Assembly (NCBI GenBank): GCA_003990765.1
Contig: RBNJ01000285.1
Span: 1 to 34,159, forward strand
Direction: 5' to 3'
Origin: Jimgerdemannia flammicorona
Lineage: Eukaryota
Length of the DNA stretch: 34,159 bases
Numbering within the stretch: position 1 is the first letter of the stretch; every line of letters starts with the position of its first letter. Shown here piece by piece: positions 21,611-31,574 of this stretch. Both the position numbers and the translations under genes were made by a program. The notes beneath the pieces were generated by a model, which saw only the letters and a program-made list of their open reading frames with translations, searched no databases and was not told the DNA's origin.

Positions 21611-24600
21611 ATTGATTAGCTATAATACTTCTTGAGTCTACATTAGTAAATAGAAGTAAAGATGATTGTGCCTGAGAGTTTTTATAGCCAAAAGATAGTT
21701 TCTTTTATATCTTACATAAGATAAGGTCCTTCTCACTTAGGCTTCAGTTTTCATGACCATGAAGCTTCTACTATATTCTGATATACCAGGACTTTGTCTC
21801 CTATTTTGATAATCTCTAGAGACTTGGGCATCTTCTCTGCATTATTCTGTTGTAGTGCCTATATCTTGGTTATGTAATCCTCAGCCTTCTTCCTGATTTG
21901 GTATAGTCTCTATACATATTTCTATATTTATGCATTTCCATACAGTATCTCTATTGGATGATAAGGTTTCTTCTCTGAACAATATCTCTCAAAAGGTGAA
22001 ATGGGTACTTTGTGATTTGATATCTCAAAGAGCAGATAATGCTATTGGCAAATAGTAATCTCAGTTTTCATAGTTATTACAGATCTTGACAATGATATTC
22101 TTGAGAGACTTATTGGTCCTTTCTGCTTGTTCATTTTTCTGAAGGTGATAGGCTGTAGTCTGAATGTACTGGATCTTATACTTCTTGTAGAGAACCTCAA
22201 AGAACTGGTATACAAATTCTATTCCTCTGTCTGTGGTTACTTGTGCTGGGGTCTTGAATTGGCAGATGATTTCTTTGTAGAAGAAATTGGCAATTAACTG
22301 TGCATTGACTTCTTTGAGAAGTCCTGCCTCTATCCATTTTATATAAAGGTCTACAATGATGATAATAGGTTGATTATCAGTCAAAGTCAAGAGTAAGGGC
22401 CAATTACATCTATTGCAATGTGTGCAAAGGATACTAGTTCTATGTGTGCTAATTCTGAGGTCTGATTTTGTTGGTCTTATTTCTGTTTCTGGCATTTGTC
22501 ACAGGTCTTAACAAATCATCTGATATCTTCCTCCGTTCCTGGCCATCACATTGTTCTTCTTACTTTTTCATAGATATTCATTCCTCTTAGATGGCCAAGT
22601 TCATGTACTAATTTCATTGCTTGCTTCTTCTTATATTTAGGTATAACTAGTAGCTTTTCTTTCTTCAGTATTTCTCTATCAGTCTCAAATTGTTTCTATG
22701 TTCTATTTATAATCATTTCCATCTATTCTTCCAGATATTGAGACATCTTTTACTATCTCAGGTAAGTCATAATTCCATAGTAGAGATTCTTATTTATAGT
22801 TGATTTGCTGGTTGAGAGTTTTTTAAAGTGTCTGTGAGAGGACATCTACATTGGCATTAGTTCTTCCAGAGTGGTATATAATGATTACATCATAGGCTTG
22901 CAACTTCAGGCATAGATTCCTTAGAGTTACCTGGTGGTCAGTAGTTAGGTGAGAGCTGAGTGGTCTGTCTGAATAGTGAAGTATCTTCTAGTAAGATAGT
23001 AGTGAAACTTTTCTATAGCCCAAATAACTGTGAGATATTCCAACTTATAGGATTCATACTCTTTTTCTACTCCTTAGATTCCTCAGCTGAGATATTTAAT
23101 AATATACTATACTTTGTCTTTTTTCTACACCAGAACTACTCCTAGTCTCTATGTACTTGTATCTGTCTACACAATGAATTCTTGGGTCCAATTGGGTCTT
23201 CTGAGGATGAGTGCTTAGGTCAGTCTGATCTTGAGTTCATTAAATACTTTTTGTTGCCTGCCAGTTTATTAAAACTTGACATTCTTCTGGTTGAGTTTAT
23301 AAATTGGGCCTGCAATGTTAGAGAATCCTCTAATAAATCTGCAATAGTATGAGACAAGTCCCATAAAGGCTTGGGCTTCAGTAATAGTAGTAGGCCTTGG
23401 GTATACTACTACTGCTTGAATCTTGAGTGGGTCTGTATGTATTCTATCTCAGTTAATAATGTGACCAAGGTAGGAGATCTTGATTTCTGCAAACTTACAC
23501 TTCTTGAGCTTGATATAAAGGCCATACTTCCTTAGCTTTTCCATTATCTGCTGGATAAACTACAGATGTTCTTTGGCTATCTTATTGTAGATGATAATAT
23601 CATCCATATAAACCATCATCCATCTTCTCTTTCATAGCAGAAGATTTTGTTCATCATTCACTGAAAGCTTGCTAGTACATTGTAATTCCAAATAGTATTT
23701 ACAGATAGACATAGGTTCTATCTGGACTGATGAAGGCTGAATTTTCACTTACTGCTTTAGTGAGACTAATTTGATAGAATCCTGAATATAAGTCCAGAGT
23801 GCTATAGTACTGTGCTTCATCTTCTAAAGTCACAAGGATATCATGGATGAGAGGCAGTGGTTGGTGATACTTCTTTGTAGCCAGGTTGAGCTTTCTGTAA
23901 TCAGTGCAGAGTCTTGGAGTGAATTCTCCTGGTTTGCTTCCTTTCTTCAGAGCAAATATGACTAGTGAAACCCAAGGACTGCTGGCTTCTTTGATGATAC
24001 CAGCTTCTTCCATCTACTTTATTTCTTCTCTTAGCTATTTGCAATAGGCTGGCAGAATTGGTCTTGCTTTTTGATAAATTGGTTCAGTGTCTCCTATATC
24101 TATATTATGAGTAGTATGGAGTCTTTTCCTTGATATTCTTGCAGTCTGTGACTAGGATATCCTTGAATTTTTAGAGTATCTTTTTGAGTTTTTTCTAGAG
24201 TGAGAATTCATCTCCAATAGTATAGCTATGCTTGTTTATGGTTTCCTCCTTGTAATCTAATTTGGTAATCTTGGTGCTGATGAATACTCCTCTTCCTGTA
24301 GATCTAAATTCTTTCTTTCCTCTTTCTGTTTCCTCTAACTTCTTAACTTCTATGATCTTTGGCTGAAGAACTGAGAAGATCAACATCTGTGCCAATTGGT
24401 CCTTTTTCTTAATTAGAAATAAAATCATGGAGTTGTAGTTCCTAGCAATAAGTAGTATTTCTCTAATTTAATCTGAATCAATGACTCCTCCTTCAATGGT
24501 TATCTCACTCTTGACCAGACAGCTTTTTGTCTTGAGGATCTCAATATGGTCTTTTGGAATAATTATCTCTAGACCAGTTGTAAGTAAGGTAGTTGTCTGG

Positions 24601-26722
24601 GGCTTGAATATAGTCTCCTCTACTGTGGTAATATCTATTCTAGTTGTATTCTCTGACTTATATTCTGGTAGAACTGTATCAGAGTAGATTTTCTGAATCT
24701 TGATTTTGATTTCTTCTTCATCATCACTGTTCTCTAGGAGAGCTAGTGGTTCATCATTCTCTTTCTTCTCCTTTTCTTGTCTTGCTTATTTCTCAAGAGC
24801 CTTCTGCCTTCTTTCATAGTAGATTTTCTTGATTCCACTGATATACTAGTAGCAATCATCAATATATTTCATACAGTATATCTTGATTTCGTGAGGACAG
24901 ACTCTATGTAGTATATATCTTTCAATGATTCTTTTGTTATTCCTCTTTACTGATCCATCTAACTTTCTTCTTTTTTTTCTGAAAAGTCACCATATAGACT
25001 TCTTCTTGCTCACTTTCTTCTTTCTCCATCTCAGGCAGCACTTCTTTGTTGATATTGATGAGAATTTACTTGGTAGATGATCTGTATCTTCTGGGTATTA
25101 AGGTCAATTATTGCTCTAACTTTATAAAGTCACTGGTTGCTGATGAGGATGTCATAGTTGGTAGCATTGGTTAAGATCACATTTACTGAGATGGTTGCTT
25201 CTTCAACCTCCCAACCTAAGCAGTCTGCTGATTTCTTGCTAAGGAGGCATTCTCCTGCTCTAGTGTTAATAATAGCCTTAAAGATTTAATATTCAATTTG
25301 ATAGGTTGCAAAGGCAGAGGTTTTGCAATTGTCTTCACTCTCTTCTAGAGTCTTCTTGAATATTATTGGCCTCAGTTATCTTTCAAGCTTGCTCCTTAGT
25401 TGTCTTAGCAAGTCTATATCTCATTTGTTATCTAAATGTGGGTATTTCTGTCATCTGGCCAAAGGTTGTATTGATCTTTTGATGACAGAGATTCTTGAAG
25501 ATGTCATACTTAAAAGTCATGGTCTTGCAAAGCTTTTTCTCCTTTTCTCCTTCACTGGCTAGAGTAGTTCCTTAGATGATATCTTGGATAGCCTGTTCTA
25601 ACTCCATATCTTGATCTGTTTTTTACCTTGGCTTTCTGTAGCACTCTCTATCTGTTTCTCCACAGAATTCTTTTTGGGTCTTCCTGGTGATCTCTTGTAG
25701 GGTTGCTTGCAGACATCCTTCTTAATAGTCTCAGTAGAGTAAGCTTCTTATTCTTCTTCATCTGATTCTCCAATCTTCTCAAAGGTGATGATGTTAGTCT
25801 GTTCCTTATTTTGAGTAGTATTGCTTGGCCAGGCCTTATATTTGGTTTTGCTCATATATTTATATGAGTAGTGGCCTTCTTCTCCACAGATGTAGCAGAT
25901 ATCCCTCTTCTTGTCTAAGGTGGTAGCAAACTTCTAAACTAGGTGGCAGTCTCTTTCTCTGATTTCTTTTTCTACATCTCCTAGATGGGCTGTTATTTTA
26001 GCAAACTTCTTAGCAAGTTCCTCCATAGGGTCACTGTTTCTCTGCTGCTCAGTAGCTCTTGGCTGAAATGTGTTTTGATTGATCACTATAGTAAGGATTA
26101 TACTGGTTACCTTGAGTACTTCAATTCTAACTCTAGTAACTCTTTCCATTATATGGTCTTGTGGATGTCTGGCAATCCAATATTGCTAGGCATAAGTAAC
26201 CTTTGGTACTAGATCCAGGACTACTAGTGATGAGTAGATGGCTAGAGCTATCTCTGAGTGGAATCTTTTTATAAAGATTATCTTGGCTACTTGATCTCTG
26301 ATGGTGGCAGCATAATCTGTAAAGATTATCTAATACCAGATTCTGGCATAGAATATGTTTGGATCCTTGCTCATTCCTTGACATATTGTATTGAGCTAAT
26401 CCTTCAGAGCTTTCTTGATCTTATCTATATAGTAGGTGGTTCAAGGCCAAGCCTTCTGTACTGCTAGCATAGTATTATCATCATTTCCTACATGAGTTGC
26501 AGCTGTGAATACTGCTCTTGCTGGTCCTCAGAGACTAAAGGGAATGAGAGCTACTTGCTGTACTGCTGTCAGAGTCCTTACAGTAGCATACTGCTTGAAA
26601 TCATCAATAAAGGTGATGATTAATTTGTCTGAGATATATTCACAGAATACTAGTAGTCTCATATCTATCTTGTCTAGATATCTTGGTTTGATTTATATGG
26701 TTATTCAGGTAGTAGTGGTTAT
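21610..26722 (-). pseudogene. gag-pol (gag, CCHC, aspartic protease, dUTPase, RT, RNase H, integrase) of copy 2
   Basis: ORF-track fragments 23699-24013 (RT: SPWVSLVIFALKK..RLCTDYRKLN..STLDLYSGFYQI), 24195-24428 (dUTPase C-terminus), 22061-22495 (integrase core) and 25934-26149 (gag), plus manual translation. Confidence 0.93.
24294..24710 (-). pseudogene. dUTPase domain inside pol of copy 2, between protease and RT
   Basis: IKIQKIYSDTVLPEYK..TRIDI..TTGLEIIIPKD..KTKSC..EGGVIDSD*IREI..KDQLAQML..EETERGKKEFRSTG: all five trimeric dUTPase motifs in order. Confidence 0.92.
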
Positions 26723-26782
26723 TTATTGTTTAGCTTAAAAGTGAGAAATTTGTCTTAAATTACCAGTCAATGGGCACTAAGT

Positions 26783-27242
26783 TGTAATATAGCAGATATG
26801 TAACTGTGTAAGTATGTCAGATTTCTGTATCTTGAAAACTTAATCTTCTTTAACTCCACAGAGTCCTTGGGATATAGGAGTGGGTGAGTTCAAAGTATAT
26901 CTGTCAACAAGCTTACTAGTTTCTTTACTTTCTCTTTACTTTAAACTATTTCAATCTGAGGGTTTATTCACTTTAGATACTGGAGATATTTATATATGTT
27001 TGCTAGCTATAAGGTGGCTAAGTTATGATTATATTTCCTGTAAGTTACTTTTTGACATCTGTTAAATCTTTGATAATTACTAAAACTTTAATATTTAAAC
27101 TTTAACATTTACTAAAACTTAAATATTTGTGAAATATAACTGCTATTTGTAAGGCTATACTATATTTGGGAATTGGATTCAGATACTGCAATCAAATGTC
27201 TATTCTTCTAATTCATATTCCTAACTCAGATTAACTATCATA
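26783..27242 (-). repeat. 5' LTR of copy 2 (460 bp)
   Basis: TATGATAG ... TTACA on minus, followed by act and the PBS. Confidence 0.93.
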
Positions 27243-27576
27243 ATATATTTATACTATTTTAGATAACTATGACAACTAGTTAGAATTTCTATAAGAATTT
27301 CTATTCAAATTTCTGGGGAAATTTCCAGTGGCTTGTAGATATATAATAATTTATTATATTCTTCTCTTCTTTCTCTTTGCTTACTCATTAAAGTTAGTAC
27401 TAAACTCTAGATACATATCAAACCAAATAACAGTATACTAGACTACTTGAAAAATAATATTGCTCTATTATTCATCATTCAAATTGACAATATTCTAGGA
27501 GAATACTCTACAGAGGTAGTTGCGAACTTGGGGTCAGATACAGAAAAGGACATAGAGTCATTTGATAACTATATAG

Positions 27577-28017
27577 TGTCATGTAGTGGTCACTAAGTCC
27601 TTTAAATACACCAGATTCTCTTCAAGATATATCTCTTAGACTAACTCAAGTTTGTTATAAGTAAGTTCTTATTGGAGTGCCTTCCCAAGGTCTTATAGTC
27701 CTCAAACTTCTTATTTTTAACTGTCTTGTTATCTCTTAGATTGCTTGCAAGAAAGTGTGTATAAGTGAAACCAGAACTGACTTTATTTCAGAGGAAATAA
27801 GAGGGGTATTTATACAAAATACAATTCAATGGTTGCTAAGATATAAAGCTAAATATAAATTCCAATAACTAAAACTACTAAGTTCCAGGGCTGGTATTAT
27901 TTAGTATCATATCAAAAATACCAGTACTGGAACAATTTCATGTTACCTCAGAATACCAGTGCTGGCATTATCCAGTGTTACATGAAAATACCAGTGCTGG
28001 CATTACCTAGTATAATA
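27577..28017 (-). mobile_element. LTR-like relic of a further family, with a 35-bp repeat array
   Basis: On minus: TATAAATACCCCTC (about 27815-27802), AATAAA (about 27787), and an end gaccactacatgaca resembling the main family's end gtccactacgttaca. Four ~35-bp units containing ccagtgctgg at 27885, 27921, 27956, 27991. No PPT or TSD seen. Confidence 0.4.
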
Positions 28018-28214
28018 AAGAACTTAGAGCAGAAAGTTCAGGATCATGGGGGCTTCATCATCATCATTACTGAAGGAGATGAGAACTGCAAATTCATCAT
28101 GTAGGTCACACATTTCATGTACTTCGTGTGCTTCAGGTATGTCATGTGGGATGATGTCATCAATAATGTCATCACATTTGACTGTAGCGGGGAAATCAGG
28201 GACAAGGTCTGGAG

Positions 28215-30524
28215 CTCTCCAGTCTATGATTACCTCTACTAATACCCACTAAGATATCTACCTGCCTATTTCAACTAGCACTGCTATACCATTTCTTGCA
28301 CTACTCATAGTCCCACTCACTATAGACTGAATATTCTGAAGAAGTACCACATCATACCTCCTGACTTTTAGCTAATGAAACAGATACTACTGCTTAACTC
28401 CATCATGCAGACTATTGATATTTAGAGATAATATAAGCAGACTGTTCATCATCATTAATAAAATTGTTTAAAGCTCTGTTGAAATTACCACTATCTTCTC
28501 TACTCTGCTATAGATTATCTCTCTTTGTTTCTCACAGATAGCCCTCCAAATACATGTCCCATTCATACTGCCACAGAATGAATCCACTCATTCTGATGCC
28601 ACTTTCCTGATGTCAGCCATCCTGACCTCATCAACTTCATACCCTTCATCATCCAGCAGTACCACTACCATCGCTATTACTAATTTTGGTCCCTATATAG
28701 TGATATTGAGAAATCTCTCCCAAGCCTCTTGAGATCTGTGAAATATATCCACTTCCTTAATATCTTCCTCTACAAGCTCCTCAAGCACTGCCTGGTACTA
28801 ACTATCAGTTATTATCACCAGCAGCCCCAGAGTGGCTGGCCTGGGAGATCTACTCAACTCCTGAAGCATCTCTCTATTAGCTGAGACATCAGAGACCACA
28901 TCTATTAGGTCATCCTCCTTAGTAATCTTCTTCAGCTATACAACCTCACCAGTCTCTAGACACTCTCAATGAACATTTGTTGCTCCTGCTATCTGAATGT
29001 CCTCCACTTGAGTCTCCAGCACTATCTCTGTGACTTTCTCAAAACTTTCTTCTCTCACCTCCTCCTTATCAGCCCACTTCCTTATTACTGATATATGAGC
29101 TAAACTCTCTACAATACCTAGTTGTGAAAATGATATCTTGGCTATCTCTACCTCCTCTATCTGATTCCTGGCCACCTTCACCCTTACTGTCTCCTCAGTC
29201 TGTGAACTCCAGAGGACTATCTGCAGGCATTCCCAGTTCTCTTTCCACCATCTCTTCCTTTTTCCATTGGTCAGAACCTATATCCAGTCCTTTGCAAACT
29301 TCTCTCATCTCCTTTTTCTCAATTTCTTTGTAGCCTCCCTCTCCTCCAGAGCCAGTAACAATTCCTTCCCCTCCTGCTCAGATCCCTTCCTCCTCTATAC
29401 CTTACACTCTTGGCTTCTAACCCAAATCACCTCTGGCCAGTCTCTACCAAGCCCCATGGCCTCCTTGTCCTCCAGTCTTATCATCATCTCACAGTTGCCA
29501 TTCCTCAGCTTGGTCCCCTCTCAGAACATAAATCCAAAGTCAACTATCTCACTAAAGCCCACCAGTGCCTCTGCCACTATTTTCTTAGTCTCCTATCTCC
29601 TAAGAGTCAGCAACCCTTCTACCACCAGATGTATGGCATACAGATCCCACCTCAGACACCTCACCATTCCAACCTTGATGCTTTTGATCACTAACCCTTT
29701 CTCCAGAGCCTTCACCATCTCCTCCTTCTTTACAAAGCCAATATCCACAGTCTCTGCTGATGAAATAAACTTCAGAGACTCTGTGCCAGCAATATCCTCA
29801 CCCACTAGTCACAAAACCTCTCCGGCAGACAAACCCAGTCCTAGAAAATTTGCTGAGATCACTCATATTGATACTGATTTGAGAAAAAAAGGATGCACCA
29901 CCAGTTCTCTAGAGTCAGCTGCCATCATTATCTTCCTATTACCTCCCAAGATACTAGCAGTTATCCCACCAACCCCAGGAAGCCCACTAGCAGTCTCTCC
30001 CCCTACCACTGGCCCAGTCACCAGTCTAGCCCCAGGAATATCAGTCTCAGCCATCATACCTCCAGACCCCTGTCCTCTGGCAGTCACCTGACCCACTATC
30101 TGACCAGTCACCTGTCTCTCCCCTCTGTCAATACTATGTCTCCCCTGCTCTACTCCTATGGGCCTAGCAGTAGCTCTCCTGCCCCCTATTACTATATACT
30201 AGCTTTCAATACCAGCAGGCCTCCTCTGACCACCTGTCCTACCAGCAGTAGTACCAACTCCTGCCACTGCTGCAAAACTCTTAGAGAGATCTAGGCCAGA
30301 CCTCTTCCTCTCTAAGCACTCAGAGCTTGATGAATCTGGAGTTGCCATTTAATGAAAACTTGATAGATTTTGATGAAACTTATTGTGAACTATTTCCAGA
30401 CTCCTGCCACACTTAATACACCAGTGTAGGCAAAGTGAAAACTTGAAAACATATTGTTTTTCTGAAAGGTATCTATGTGGCTTAGCTTGCTCAGAGTGGT
30501 ATGAGCAAAAGAAGTCTCCTCCCT
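28215..30524 (-). mobile_element. L1/Tx1-like LINE 'B': 5'UTR, ORF1 (30348-28468) and the start of the ORF2 APE endonuclease, 3'-truncated
   Basis: ORF1 MATPDSS..KSFAAVAG.., RRM-like region TVDIGF..KALEKGLVI..VVEGL..FSEIVDFGF..GTKLRNGNCEMMI. ORF2 start MMMNSLLILSLNINSL..YLFH*LK..YDVVLLQ matches the N-terminal APE motif. Confidence 0.85.
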
Positions 30525-31456
30525 CACTCTCTTCCTTCTCTACCTCCCAGCATCTCTACCAGCTTCTCTTCAGTAAACCCTTGTATCCTCTTTCAACTTC
30601 TTCCACCAGACATCCACTGGCAAACTCTCATATATCCAGCTAGTGATCTTTCCCTGAATGTTTTCTACCTATGAATCCCACAGCACCTTCTCAGCCAGCA
30701 GAGAGGAGTTGAGGTACCAATGTCTGGATCTATCTCCACTCCCCCCAAACTGCCCCTACCCTAATAATCTCCAGTGGTCTGACCATGGGCACCACTCCAC
30801 CTCCAGAGTTCTCCAAACATTTTTTTTTTTTTTTTTTTTTTATAGTCTCTTAGACTTTCTCCAAACATCCATGTCCCAGTATTCAGCTATCAGTATTCAG
30901 TCAATTCTTGTATGTAGTCCATTCACCCAGTATATATAAATCTTCTTTTCTCCTCACTACATTCTGCCCATATCTCTCAGAGAGCTAAGGTTCTCCACCT
31001 CCTTCCATGCATCCAGGCCACCACTCCTTCTACCAGCACTCCTTTCTCCATCAGTTCTATCTAACTGAAGATCTCACATCATATTGAAGTCACTCTCTAG
31101 AACATCTACCCCATCCTCCAAGAATGCACCCTTCTCTAAGAGACCCTTAATCTATGCAATCTGCTCTCCCCTAACTACAGGATAGTAGCAAGAGCCAACT
31201 CTTACTGATTCTCACCCTGATCAATGCCATTCTCTCTATACCAAATGGTCTCCCCAACTCCTGATTCCACCCAAATCCTCTTTACTACTCTGTACCAAAA
31301 CAGCCACTTTGCCCATCCAAGCTATCACTCTTCTCCATTCTCTAGTCTACTCCACCTGATTCACATTATCCTCACAACATACATCCTACAGCAAAAAGAG
31401 ATCAGCCTCCAATCTCTTTAGCCAAGTAAAAATATTGTATTACTACTCAGAGCTCC
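30525..31456 (-). mobile_element. L1/Tx1-like LINE 'A' fragment: ORF2 APE endonuclease
   Basis: IFTWLKRLEADLFLL*D..KVAVL..CYYP..VLESDFN(GGDFN)..LDR..LRD..TRID*IL..WSDH..HWYLNSSLL..WWKKLK: APE motifs in order. Confidence 0.9.
30821..30856 (-). mobile_element. 36-bp retro-insertion (15 nt plus poly(A)) with a perfect 12-bp TSD
   Basis: ttctccaaacat at 30809-30820 and 30857-30868. Removing the insert and one TSD restores the APE frame (DVWR|TLEVEWCPWSDH). Confidence 0.9.
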
Positions 31457-31574
31457 TGTAATAAAATAGATAATATGTGATAAGATGTAATGATATAAGG
31501 GATCATGTGACCCAGTGAATAATAATGTCATATGATTAAACATGGTGTCTTTCTCTGCTACAATTCATGTTACA

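Larger units (their letters stand above)
20642..27242 (-). mobile_element. Ty3/gypsy LTR retrotransposon, copy 2 (6601 bp, structurally complete but decayed)
   Basis: 5' LTR 26783-27242, PBS 26762-26779, gag from about 26722, CCHC knuckle CYICGEEGHYSYK(Y) at about 25858-25900. Protease AIINTRAG (from DTG) at about 25260, dUTPase 24294-24710, RT with YMDD at 23599-23610, RNase H. Integrase HHCC/DDE and GPY (EGPY about 21725). PPT 21121-21133, 3' LTR 20642-21120. ATAT on both flanks. Confidence 0.96.

Noticed and set aside
27885..28005. Palindromic repeats with apparent spacers (mini-CRISPR-like)
   Set aside because: The 'spacers' are related to one another (tccagtgttacatgaa-like), so this is a diverged 35-bp tandem repeat.
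29267..30091. 274-aa + strand ORF, the longest in the track
   Set aside because: Antisense shadow of LINE B ORF1 on a C-rich, stop-poor strand; homology with LINE C is on the minus strand.
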